From an uncultured Bacilli bacterium (lineage in GTDB: Bacteria > Bacillota_I > Bacilli_A > RF39 > UBA660), in the NCBI GenBank assembly GCA_934086955.1, contig CAKOIN010000003.1, positions 71,271-135,270 of the forward strand: a stretch of DNA of 64,000 nt, given 5' to 3'. Positions 20,129-29,728 of this stretch are shown piece after piece. Numbering within the stretch: position 1 is the first letter of the stretch; each line of letters begins with the position of its first letter. The notes under the pieces are model-generated. The model saw nothing but the letters and a program-made list of their open reading frames with translations, ran no database searches and had not been told where the DNA came from. Both the position numbers and the translations under genes were made by a program.

Positions 20129-21147
20129 GTCTTAAAAGTATGATGATAAGAAAGGTTAAAGCTATCAACTATGAAAAACTAAATAAATTAAGTAATGATA
20201 TAGCTTTTCGTAATCATAAAACACAAAGTTATGTTAAAAGAGATATGATTAAAAACTTTATTAAATATGGTATTGGATATACTGATTATTTAAAAGGTGA
20301 TTATATAAATTTAACAGAAGAACAAAAGAAAACATTTGTAACAACTAAAAGTTTTTATAAGATGTTAAAATACTTAAATGATGATGATTATATTTCTGTT
20401 ATGAGAGATAAGATACTATTTAATAAAGTGTTTAGAGATTATATTAAAAGAGATTTTTTAGATTTAAGAGTTGCTAGTGATGAAGAGATTAAGAAGTTCT
20501 TAAAAGGTAAAAAATATGTTTTTGCTAAACCACCAAAGGATTTTGGAGGACATCGCATAGAAAAGATAAAAGTTTCTGATATAAAAGATGCTAGTATATT
20601 TCATGTTGAACTTTTAAATAAAAAACTATATTTATTAGAAGAAGAAATAGTACAACATCCAGAACTTGATAAGTTAAATCCTTATGCGGTTAATTCATTT
20701 AGAATAGTTACTCTTGTTAAAGATAATAAAGCATATATACTTGCTAATGCTCTTAGAATTAATATTGATGATGCTATTGCTATTGGTTGTTCTGATGCTT
20801 TTATGAGACTTAATGAAGAAGGAAAGATTTGTAGTAGAGTAGTAGATGATGTTGCTAATGTTTATACAGAACATCCTATTGCTAAAATTAAATTTGATAC
20901 TGTAACAGTTCCTTTTGTTAAAGAATCATTTGATATGGCTTTAAAAGCTGCTCTTGAAGTACCAGAAGTTAGATATGTTGGTTGGGATATTGCTATAACA
21001 AAAGATGGACCAGTAATTATGGAAGGTAATGAATATCCAAGTTATGGTCTTGTACAATATTATTTGTTTAATGATGAACATGAAGGTCATTTAGCTCAAA
21101 TATCTAAGATATTAGGCGAAGATGAAATGAAGAAGATGAAATTATGA
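20125..21147 (+). CDS. putative ATP-grasp domain protein (TupA-like, polysaccharide-associated)
   Basis: ATG 20125 (RBS ggaggt) overlaps the alr stop (ATGA). YVFAKPPKDFGGHRIEKI resembles the ATP-grasp phosphate-binding loop. Family assignment is tentative. Confidence 0.4.
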   Translation: MSLKSMMIRKVKAINYEKLNKLSNDIAFRNHKTQSYVKRDMIKNFIKYGIGYTDYLKGDYINLTEEQKKTFVTTKSFYKMLKYLNDDDYISVMRDKILFNKVFRDYIKRDFLDLRVASDEEIKKFLKGKKYVFAKPPKDFGGHRIEKIKVSDIKDASIFHVELLNKKLYLLEEEIVQHPELDKLNPYAVNSFRIVTLVKDNKAYILANALRINIDDAIAIGCSDAFMRLNEEGKICSRVVDDVANVYTEHPIAKIKFDTVTVPFVKESFDMALKAALEVPEVRYVGWDIAITKDGPVIMEGNEYPSYGLVQYYLFNDEHEGHLAQISKILGEDEMKKMKL

Positions 21148-22784
21148 GAAAACTGAAAAAAAACACTTTTATTCAAGGAACTCTAGTTACATCTGCAATA
21201 TTAATCATTATAAAGATATTAGGTGCATTATATGTAATACCTTTTTATGGAATAATAGGTACTAATGGTGGAACTTTATATAGTTATGCTTATAATATAT
21301 ATAATTTATTCTTGAATATATCTACTGCTGGTATTCCCATTGCTATATCAATGATAATAAGTGAATACTTAACTCTTAATATGTATGATGCAAAAGAAAG
21401 AGCTTATAAGATAGGTAAGAAGATGATAGGAGTTCTTGCCATTGTATCATTCTTAGTAGTATTTTTAGGAGCGGATATAATAGCTAAATTCATTATAAGT
21501 GATATATCAGGTGGTAACTCTATTCATGATATTGCTACTGTTATAAGAGCTGTTTCATTTTGCTTAATAATCATACCTTTTTTAAGTGTACTAAGAGGTT
21601 ATATGCAAGGACATAAGTTTATTACTCCAACTTCTTATTCTCAATTGATTGAACAAATTGTAAGAATTGTTGTTGTACTTTTAGGATCTTATGTAGTAAT
21701 AAAAGTACTTGATAAAGGAATCACTAATGGAGTAAGTATTGCATTGCTTGGTGCTTTCTTTGGAGGGTTATTTGCATATTTATATTTACTTATTAAAGTT
21801 AAAAAGAATAAAGAAGAATTTCCAATATCAAAGAAAAAAGATGCTGTAAGTAATTCAGTTATTGCTAAAAAGATACTTAAATATTGTATTCCTCTTATAA
21901 TGATATCTATTGTTGATAATTTATATACGATAGTTGATGTTAAACTTATTATAAAAGGACTTCATATGGTAGGTTATACTGCTATGGAAAGTGAAATGAT
22001 GTCTTCATTAGTATCAACTTGGGCACCTAAAATATGTACTGTTATTATAGCTATTGCTATTTCACTTACAACAAATATAATTCCTCATGTAACTTCAAGT
22101 TTTATCAAAAAAGATATGAATGAAGTTAATAGAAGATTTAATCAAGCAATAAGTACAATGTTAATTATTACTATACCAATGGCTTTAATGTTACTTATGT
22201 TATCAAATGAAAGTTATACATTATTCTATGGTGCTAGTAAATTTGGATCAACTGTACTTAAAGTATCAGCAATAAGTCATATATTCTTTGGAGTATGGAG
22301 TGTTATAAATACTTGTCTTCAAAGTATGAGAAAATTTAAAATTGTTTATATAAATTCTATTGCAGGTTTAGTAGCTAATGCTATTTTGGATATTCCACTT
22401 ATATTATTATTTGATAAAGTTGGTCTTCCAGCATATACTGCAACAGTTGTATCAACTATAATAGGTTATACTATTTCAATAACAATAGCATTAATATATT
22501 TAAAGAAAGAAATGAAATTTACATATAAACCAACAATAAACTTATTAAAGAAATTATTGTTACCTTGTATATGTATAATTATTCCAATAACAATATCAAA
22601 AATATTTATTACATTTGAATATACAAGACTCACTTCATTTATTTCACTTGGTATTCATGGAATAGTTGGTGTAATAATTTATTTAGTTATTTCTTATAAA
22701 AATGGTGCTATTAACGATACAATAGGTAATTCATTTATAGATAATATATTAATTAAATTACATCTTAAAACTAAGAAAAATTAA
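21144..22784 (+). CDS. MOP-superfamily flippase (MurJ/SpoVB/polysaccharide biosynthesis protein family)
   Basis: 546 aa with about 14 predicted TM helices. N-terminus ...LGALYVIPFYGIIG... is typical of the family. Start overlaps the previous gene. Confidence 0.65.
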   Translation: MRKLKKNTFIQGTLVTSAILIIIKILGALYVIPFYGIIGTNGGTLYSYAYNIYNLFLNISTAGIPIAISMIISEYLTLNMYDAKERAYKIGKKMIGVLAIVSFLVVFLGADIIAKFIISDISGGNSIHDIATVIRAVSFCLIIIPFLSVLRGYMQGHKFITPTSYSQLIEQIVRIVVVLLGSYVVIKVLDKGITNGVSIALLGAFFGGLFAYLYLLIKVKKNKEEFPISKKKDAVSNSVIAKKILKYCIPLIMISIVDNLYTIVDVKLIIKGLHMVGYTAMESEMMSSLVSTWAPKICTVIIAIAISLTTNIIPHVTSSFIKKDMNEVNRRFNQAISTMLIITIPMALMLLMLSNESYTLFYGASKFGSTVLKVSAISHIFFGVWSVINTCLQSMRKFKIVYINSIAGLVANAILDIPLILLFDKVGLPAYTATVVSTIIGYTISITIALIYLKKEMKFTYKPTINLLKKLLLPCICIIIPITISKIFITFEYTRLTSFISLGIHGIVGVIIYLVISYKNGAINDTIGNSFIDNILIKLHLKTKKN

Positions 22785-22840
22785 TTTCTTAGTTTTTAAT
22801 TTATATAAAATATGTTATTATTAATAATAGAGGTGAACAT

Positions 22841-24715
22841 ATGAATAAGAAAGGATTTACATTAGTAGAGTTACTTGCTGTTATAGCAATATTAGGTTTG
22901 ATTGTTACTACTGTTAGTATAGCTGTTACTAAGATTTATAATGATAATATTAAGAAAACAATGATAGTTCAGGAGAATAATATTGCTAGTGCATCAAGAA
23001 ATTATCTTGATGATTATTGTTTTTCTCCACTTGATGGTAACTATATTTGTCCTAAATCATATGATAATACTACTGATAATAAGTATATTTGTTTAAGTGA
23101 TTTACAAGAAAATGAAAAAGACAATTATATAAATAAGGTAACTTATAAAAATGAAGATTGTAAAGGTATAATAGTTTTTACTAAAGATGATGAGGGTGGA
23201 TATACTAAACCAACTACATATTTATATTGTGATTATGATAAAAATAAAAACACATATAATTATGTGACTGACACATCATTAGATGTATCAAAATATCCAA
23301 GGTGTAATATAAGTGGTGGTGTAAGTGGTGAAGATGAAACAACAACAACTACAACTACTACAACTACAACAAAACCTGTTGATACTGCTTGTACTTATAA
23401 CGGAGAACTGGTGAAAGGTGCTGAATTTGTAAGTGGGCAATATACATATAGATACAAGCAAGAGGGTACTTATAGAGATCCTTATTGGAGTGATATTTCT
23501 CAAGATGGATGGGGAGTACAATTAACTGATAAAGATAGCACAGAAGCTGTTACTGATAATATATGTACATATATAAATAATAAACCTATAATTTCTATGG
23601 CATATATGTTTTATGATAGCAAAGCTTCTGCTATAAATGTAAGTAAATTTAATACTAGTAATGTAATTAATATGAATTCTATGTTTGGCGGTATTTCTGC
23701 AACAGTGATAGATTTAAGTAATTTTGATACTAGCAATGTAACTAATATGATGGCTATGTTTGAAAGAGGTAAAATCTCAACATTAGATTTAAGTAGTTTT
23801 GATACAAGTAAAGTAACTAATATGAGAGGTATGTTCCTTATGAATTCTATTAACACTTTAGATTTAAGTGGTTTTGATACTAGCAAAGTTACAGATATGT
23901 CGTTAATGTTTTATTGGAATTCGTCAAAAGTAATAAATATAAGTAATTTTGATACTAGTAGTGTTACTAATATGAGTCATATGTTTGAAAATAGTGCAGT
24001 AACTTCTTTGAATTTTAGTAGTTTTAATACAAGCAATGTCACTGATATGTCTGGTATGTTTGAAAACAGTAAAATAAGTAATATAAATTTAAGTAGTTTC
24101 AATACAAGTAAAGTAACTACTATGATTAACATGTTTAAAAATAGTGCAGCAACAGTAATAAATGTAAGTAGCTTTGATACTGGCAATGTAACAAATATGG
24201 TTAATATGTTTAGTAGTATTAAAGCAACAACACTAAATTTAAGCAACTTTAATACTAGCAAAGTTACTGATATGAGTGGTATGTTTGGTAGTAGTGCATT
24301 GACTTCGTTAGATTTAAGTAAATTTGATACAAGTAAGGTTACTGATATGAATAGTATGTTTGCATACAGTAAAATAAGTAATATAAATTTAAGTAGTTTT
24401 AATACCAGTAATGTAAAAGATATGAGTTATATGTTTAATGGAAGTAATGCTGAAACAATAAATTTAAGAAGTTTTAACACTAGTAAAGTAACTAATATGT
24501 GGAGTATGTTTAATAATTGTACTAATCTTAAAACAATATATGCTAGTACTAATTTTAATACTTCTAATGTTCCTGATAGGGATGAAATGTTTACTGATTC
24601 AACAAAACTAGTTGGTGGTAATGGTACGACATATGATAGGTTTTATACTGATAAAACATATGCTCGTATTGATAGGGGCAGGAAAAATCCTGGATACTTT
24701 ACTGGTGGAAAATAG
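22841..24715 (+). CDS. giant type IV pilin-like protein: prepilin class III signal + Cys-rich pilin-like domain + poly-Thr linker + about 13 DUF285-type repeats
   Basis: MNKKG|FTLVELLAVIAILGLIVT (G-1, F+1, E+5) is a canonical prepilin N-methylation site. A roughly 160-aa domain with 8 Cys follows, then ETTTTTTTTTTTK, then tandem repeats (LDLSxFDTSxVTNMxxMF). C-terminus ...NPGYFTGGK. Confidence 0.8.
   Translation: MNKKGFTLVELLAVIAILGLIVTTVSIAVTKIYNDNIKKTMIVQENNIASASRNYLDDYCFSPLDGNYICPKSYDNTTDNKYICLSDLQENEKDNYINKVTYKNEDCKGIIVFTKDDEGGYTKPTTYLYCDYDKNKNTYNYVTDTSLDVSKYPRCNISGGVSGEDETTTTTTTTTTTKPVDTACTYNGELVKGAEFVSGQYTYRYKQEGTYRDPYWSDISQDGWGVQLTDKDSTEAVTDNICTYINNKPIISMAYMFYDSKASAINVSKFNTSNVINMNSMFGGISATVIDLSNFDTSNVTNMMAMFERGKISTLDLSSFDTSKVTNMRGMFLMNSINTLDLSGFDTSKVTDMSLMFYWNSSKVINISNFDTSSVTNMSHMFENSAVTSLNFSSFNTSNVTDMSGMFENSKISNINLSSFNTSKVTTMINMFKNSAATVINVSSFDTGNVTNMVNMFSSIKATTLNLSNFNTSKVTDMSGMFGSSALTSLDLSKFDTSKVTDMNSMFAYSKISNINLSSFNTSNVKDMSYMFNGSNAETINLRSFNTSKVTNMWSMFNNCTNLKTIYASTNFNTSNVPDRDEMFTDSTKLVGGNGTTYDRFYTDKTYARIDRGRKNPGYFTGGK
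23590..24600 (+). repeat. tandem array of roughly 75-78 bp coding repeats (DUF285-type units) within the pilin-like gene
   Basis: Recurring ttt(g/a)atac(t/a)agcaa(t/a)gt(a/t)actaatatg... units encoding FDTSNVTNMSxMF. Confidence 0.75.
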
Positions 24716-24734
24716 GTTATAATAAGAATGAGTT

Positions 24735-24768
24735 TAACAAATGTTAAACTTTTCTTTATTTAGGATAC
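24735..24768 (+). terminator. rho-independent terminator
   Basis: agtttaaca-aat-gttaaact hairpin followed by tttctttattt. Confidence 0.55.
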
Positions 24769-24800
24769 AAAATATAGTAAAATAATTAAAGGGTGAGGAT

Positions 24801-27374
24801 ATGAAAAAAAGAGCAATATTAATAGATGGTAATAACTTATTATTTAGAAGTTATTATGCAACTGCATATAATGGAAATTTAATGAAGAATAGTAAAGGTT
24901 TTCCTACTAATGCTTTATTTGGATTTGTAAATATGTTAAATAAAATTATTAACGAAGAGAAACCTGAATATATAATGGTTGCTTTTGATAAAGGACATAA
25001 TTTTAGAAAAGATTTATGTGATACATATAAGGATGGTAGAATTGAAACACCACATGATTTAAAAATTCAATTTCCAGAAGCTAAAAATATATGTACACTT
25101 CTTGGTATTAAATATATTGAATGTGATAATTATGAAGCTGATGATATAATTGGTACATTTGCTAGAATGGCTGATGAAGATAAAAATTATAATGCAACTA
25201 TTATAAGTAGTGATAAAGATTTATTACAATTAATTAGTGATGAAGTAGATGTTAAATTATTAAAACAGAAAGATTATATTTTAATGAATGAGAAGACATT
25301 CTTTGATTATTATGGTATTAAGCCAATTAGAATGATAGATTTAAAGGCACTTATGGGAGATGCTAGTGATAATATTCCTGGTGTTAAAGGAATAGGTGAG
25401 AAAACAGCTTTATCATTATTAACTAAATATGATACTCTTGATAACTTATATAATCATTTAGATGAACTTACTCCTAAAACAAGAGAGAAACTTGAAAATG
25501 ATAAGGATAGTGCTTATTTTTCATATAAACTTGCTACTATATATAAAACTATTGATTTTGAATATACTTTTGAAAGTATTAAATATAATAAACCTGATAT
25601 AACTGGTCTTATTGAAAAATATAAGGAACTTGAATTTAATTCGTTTTTAAAAAATATAAATACTAATAATGAAGAGGTAAAAGATGGAATTAAATATGAG
25701 ATAGTTAAATCTAAAATAAATATAGAAGGTGTTAAGAGTTTATATATAGAACTTGATGAATCAAATTATCATAAAGCAGGTTTTATAGGTGCTGCTATAT
25801 ATGATGGAAAAACTGCATATTATTTTGATTTACCAAGTTTATTATTGAATAGTGATTTATTAAAAGATATTACTGTTACTTTTGATAATAAAAAGAATAT
25901 AGTATTTTTGAATAAATATGATATTAGTATAAATGATCCATTTGATATATTTATAGCTGCATATTTGCTTGAATATAATGTTAAAGATGATTTAGCTTAT
26001 TTAGCAGCAACTTTTAATAGAAATATTGCTTATTATGATCAAATTATAAATAAGAAAAATAAATTATCAGAAGATACTATTATTAATTCAATTGTATCTA
26101 AAGCTGTGTTTATATATGATAATTATAAAGAATTTGAAGATAAGCTTGTTAAAGAAGAATTGGATAACTTATATAAAGATATAGAAGGACCACTTATTAG
26201 AATTCTTGCTAATATGGAAATAAATGGTATTACAGTTAAAACTGATGTTATTGATAAGTTAAAAGATGATTTAAATGAAAAGATTAAACTTTTAGAAAAT
26301 AAAATATATGAAGAAGCAGGAGAACCGTTTAATATAGGTAGTCCTAAACAATTAGGTGAAATACTTTATAATAAGCTTATGTTGCCAAAAGGAAAAGGTA
26401 AGAGTGCTATGTCTACTGCTCATGATGTTCTTATAAAGTATAGGCATATAAATCCAATCATTGATGATATATTAGATTATAGAGCTTTAACTAAACTAGT
26501 TTCTACATATTTAGATACTTTTAATAGTTATGTTATGGAAGATGGTAAAATACATACTATATATAAACAAACTGGTACTAGAACTGGAAGACTTTCTAGT
26601 GTGGAACCTAATTTACAAAATATACCTGTTAGAAGTGAAGAAGGAAAGCAAATAAGAAAAGCATTTATACCAAGTAATAATTCATATTTATTATCTAGTG
26701 ATTATTCTCAAATTGAACTTAGAGTTCTTGCTCATATAAGTGATTCTAAGAGCTTAAAAGAAGCATTTATAAATGGAGAAGATATACATACTCATGTTGC
26801 TAGTGATATATTTGATACTCCTGAAAATGAGGTTACAAAGAATATGAGAAGAACTGCTAAAGCTGTAATATTTGGTATTGTTTATGGTATTAGTGGATAT
26901 GGTCTTTCTGAAAACTTAGATATTAGTACAAGTGAAGCAAAAAAATATATTGAAAAGTATTTAACTTTATATCCAGAAGTAAATGACTATATGACTGAGA
27001 TTGTTAAGAAGGCAAAAGAAACATCATCTGTTAGAACTTTATTTAATAGAAAAAGAACTATTGATGAACTTAATAATACTAATTATATGATTAGACAAAT
27101 GGGTGAGAGAATTGCTCTTAATACTCCAATTCAAGGTACTGCAGCTGATATATTAAAACTTGCTATGATTAAAATAGATGAAAGGTTGAAAGAAGACAAT
27201 CTTAAAACTAAAATGTTACTTCAAGTACACGATGAACTTATATTTGATGTACCTGATAATGAGCTTGAAGAGGTTAAAGATATAGTAAGAGAAATAATGG
27301 AAAATGTATATAAATTATCTGTACCATTAAAAGTAGAAATTGATTATGGTAGAGATTGGTATGAAGCAAAATAA
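24801..27374 (+). CDS. polA: DNA polymerase I
   Basis: 857 aa. N-terminal 5'-3' exonuclease (ILIDGNNLLFRSYYA), C-terminal polymerase motifs (RRTAKAVIFGIVYG, LQVHDELIFDVP). Confidence 0.9.
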   Translation: MKKRAILIDGNNLLFRSYYATAYNGNLMKNSKGFPTNALFGFVNMLNKIINEEKPEYIMVAFDKGHNFRKDLCDTYKDGRIETPHDLKIQFPEAKNICTLLGIKYIECDNYEADDIIGTFARMADEDKNYNATIISSDKDLLQLISDEVDVKLLKQKDYILMNEKTFFDYYGIKPIRMIDLKALMGDASDNIPGVKGIGEKTALSLLTKYDTLDNLYNHLDELTPKTREKLENDKDSAYFSYKLATIYKTIDFEYTFESIKYNKPDITGLIEKYKELEFNSFLKNINTNNEEVKDGIKYEIVKSKINIEGVKSLYIELDESNYHKAGFIGAAIYDGKTAYYFDLPSLLLNSDLLKDITVTFDNKKNIVFLNKYDISINDPFDIFIAAYLLEYNVKDDLAYLAATFNRNIAYYDQIINKKNKLSEDTIINSIVSKAVFIYDNYKEFEDKLVKEELDNLYKDIEGPLIRILANMEINGITVKTDVIDKLKDDLNEKIKLLENKIYEEAGEPFNIGSPKQLGEILYNKLMLPKGKGKSAMSTAHDVLIKYRHINPIIDDILDYRALTKLVSTYLDTFNSYVMEDGKIHTIYKQTGTRTGRLSSVEPNLQNIPVRSEEGKQIRKAFIPSNNSYLLSSDYSQIELRVLAHISDSKSLKEAFINGEDIHTHVASDIFDTPENEVTKNMRRTAKAVIFGIVYGISGYGLSENLDISTSEAKKYIEKYLTLYPEVNDYMTEIVKKAKETSSVRTLFNRKRTIDELNNTNYMIRQMGERIALNTPIQGTAADILKLAMIKIDERLKEDNLKTKMLLQVHDELIFDVPDNELEEVKDIVREIMENVYKLSVPLKVEIDYGRDWYEAK

Positions 27375-27377
27375 AAA

Positions 27378-27405
27378 TCAGGAATTAATCCTGGTTTTCT
27401 TTTAT
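27378..27405. terminator. bidirectional terminator between polA (+) and tmcAL (-)
   Basis: caggaattaatcctg palindromic hairpin flanked by A and T runs. Confidence 0.5.
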
Positions 27406-28548
27406 ATAAATTGGTATATTTTGTATTTCTTTTTTAGATATATCTTCATATATAAATGAATAAAGATCTGTTATCCTTTTTTCTATTTTAAGAGCATCAT
27501 ACTTAGTATTATATTTATTTAAAATAGGTAAGTTTATTTCATTTTTAATTTCATTTAAATAATTTTTACCTTTTTCTGAAAAACCTAATATTCTTATATA
27601 TTCTAGATATTTTACTTTTTTATTTTCTTCTTTTGTAAATGAACAGAATATATGATTTAACATTCTAGATATTTTATTATATGTATATCTTTTTGTTTTA
27701 ATGTTTTTAATAAGTTCATCAAGTGAATTTGATTTATTTATTACTTTTTTAATTCTTGTACTTAATCCTTCATCTACATCTACAAATTTTTCTAAATTAT
27801 TTTCAGTTAATATTTTATATTTTAAATATTCAAAGTATTTACTTTCCATATTTTTATCTTTTAAAAGTTCATATACATTATTTGGTACTTTATCTTTAAT
27901 ATCCTTTTTTTCGAGTAATCTTGTTCTTATATTTGATGCTGATACTACTTTTGCATTTGAATCTAAGTCATGATAACTACTTGTTCTTTTAATATTATAT
28001 ATATCCATAAAATATCCATTTCTATATATTTCTTTTAAATAACTAAGAGCAAGTAAATCATTTGGTTCAGTTATTGTAATACCACATAATTCTTCAAGTG
28101 CCTTGTTAAGTGCGGTAGGGTAACTAACTCCTTCACTTAAATATTTTTTTGTTATGATATCAAAATTTATATCATTAACTTGGTATTTAGCTGCTTCTTT
28201 TATTTTATCTATATTTTCAGTTTCACTTCCAAAGCAAAGAACATCTACATATAGTTTATTTAATAGAGCTACTGAATATCTAGCAAAAATATCACTACTT
28301 TGAGTTGCATATACATATGGAAGTTCTATTACTATATCAACTCCATTTTCAAGTGCTACTTTTGCTTTATCCCATTTATTTAGTACTGATAATTCTCCTC
28401 TTTGTGTGAATGTTCCACTTAAACAAGCTATAATAATAGAATCTTTATATTTCTTTTTGACTTTGTTTATTTGATATAAATGTCCATTATGAAATGGATT
28501 ATATTCACATACTATTCCTACTACTTTTCTCATTTTACTGCTTTTCAA
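27385..28548 (-). CDS. tmcAL: tRNA(Met) cytidine acetate ligase (YlbM/DUF795 nucleotidyltransferase family)
   Basis: N-terminus VVGIVCEYNPFHNGHLYQI (HxGH-type nucleotidyltransferase). 387 aa. Confidence 0.75.
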   Translation of the reverse strand: MKSSKMRKVVGIVCEYNPFHNGHLYQINKVKKKYKDSIIIACLSGTFTQRGELSVLNKWDKAKVALENGVDIVIELPYVYATQSSDIFARYSVALLNKLYVDVLCFGSETENIDKIKEAAKYQVNDINFDIITKKYLSEGVSYPTALNKALEELCGITITEPNDLLALSYLKEIYRNGYFMDIYNIKRTSSYHDLDSNAKVVSASNIRTRLLEKKDIKDKVPNNVYELLKDKNMESKYFEYLKYKILTENNLEKFVDVDEGLSTRIKKVINKSNSLDELIKNIKTKRYTYNKISRMLNHIFCSFTKEENKKVKYLEYIRILGFSEKGKNYLNEIKNEINLPILNKYNTKYDALKIEKRITDLYSFIYEDISKKEIQNIPIYIKENQD

Positions 28549-29230
28549 TACTCCTTACTAGTTTTCTAACAGATGGAACTTTTTTTATACTTGGTTTATA
28601 TAATGCTGGATTTGAATTATGCATTCTATATCCATTGTATCTTGTAAGCATATTTACATCGAAGAAGTCATTGCCAACTGTATATGTATCATCATCGTGT
28701 ATACCTTCTTTTGATATTATTACATCTATACCATCTGTTTTATCTATAGCTTCATTAAATATTAATATATGAAAGAATGGGGTGGAACATAAATAATTTA
28801 GTTCATCTTTTATTTCTTCTAATCTTTCTATATTATTACTATCTATTACACATATTATATCATATACTTTATCTAAATCAGTTGTTACATTACCATAATA
28901 ATCTTTAAAAATTATAGATTTAAATATTTTTCTTTTACTTATATATTTTATAGTTTTTAATATTACACTATTTAATGTAGGATGAAGAAATATTACATTG
29001 TCATTTTCATCGTATACAATACCACCATTATTACATATTAAATAATTATATGGTATATTATATCTTTGTATTTGACCTTTAAGCGAAATAAAGCTTCTTG
29101 CAGAAGCAAGAGCAAATATATTTCCGTTACTCATAAAGTCTTTCACTGAATCAATATTTTCACTCATTTTTACTAATTTACTAGTTTTATTAAAAGTTCC
29201 GTCATAATCGCTTATTAGTAATTTTTTCAC
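28535..29230 (-). CDS. HAD-IIB (Cof-like) hydrolase
   Basis: N-terminal motif LLISDYDGTF (DxDGT). 231 aa. The 3' end overlaps tmcAL. Confidence 0.6.
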   Translation of the reverse strand: MKKLLISDYDGTFNKTSKLVKMSENIDSVKDFMSNGNIFALASARSFISLKGQIQRYNIPYNYLICNNGGIVYDENDNVIFLHPTLNSVILKTIKYISKRKIFKSIIFKDYYGNVTTDLDKVYDIICVIDSNNIERLEEIKDELNYLCSTPFFHILIFNEAIDKTDGIDVIISKEGIHDDDTYTVGNDFFDVNMLTRYNGYRMHNSNPALYKPSIKKVPSVRKLVRSIEKQ

Positions 29231-29406
29231 TTTATATTATCTCCCACCTGTTTTCTTAATAAAATAATATGACAATTATATCAAAAAAGTACTGTTTATT
29301 CAATTTTTATTACAAAATACTTAAATTCTCTTGATATTTTTCTTATTTTATGAGAAAATACATAGGCAAATGAAAAATTATAGCATTATATAAGGGAGGA
29401 ATAAAA

Positions 29407-29622
29407 ATGAAATTAGATATTACTTTATTCGGTGCTTTACCTTTTAGAAGAATCAGTAAAACTGCTAAAAGACAAAGAAGAACTCATTTAAAGAAAACAG
29501 CTCCTACTGTTGCAACATGTAGTAATTGTGGAGCAACATTAGCACCTCATAGAGCATGCACTAAGTGTGGATACTATAAAGGAAAAGAAGCTATTAAAGT
29601 TCAAAAAGAAGAAACAAAGTAG
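29407..29622 (+). CDS. rpmF: 50S ribosomal protein bL32
   Basis: LPFRRISKTAKRQRRTH...CSNCG...HRACTKCGYYKG matches the bL32 Zn-ribbon. Strong RBS aagggagg. Confidence 0.85.
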   Translation: MKLDITLFGALPFRRISKTAKRQRRTHLKKTAPTVATCSNCGATLAPHRACTKCGYYKGKEAIKVQKEETK

Positions 29623-29648
29623 TCAATTTAAAGATTGACTTTTTTGTT
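29621..29648 (+). terminator. rho-independent terminator after rpmF
   Basis: agtcaat-ttaaag-attgact hairpin followed by tttttgtt. Confidence 0.6.
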
Positions 29649-29660
29649 GGTTTATTTTAT

Positions 29661-29689
29661 TTGACATATCACTTTTTCTTTTATATAAT
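29661..29689 (+). promoter_or_regulatory. consensus sigma-A promoter (TTGACA, 17 nt spacer, TATAAT) for the second pilin-like gene
   Basis: ttgaca at 29661-29666 and tataat at 29684-29689, exact consensus. Confidence 0.6.
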
Positions 29690-29728
29690 GTTTTTAGAAT
29701 AGGGTATGTAAGAGTGGTGTGTTATGTT

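Noticed and set aside
23288-24261. Three minus-strand ORFs (77-94 aa; Leu/Val/Lys-rich) inside the first pilin-like gene
   Set aside because: They are antisense to the DUF285 repeat array. The reverse complement of the periodic repeats stays open by chance and yields low-complexity L/K-rich products. They have no RBS, and the sense gene is clearly the real one.
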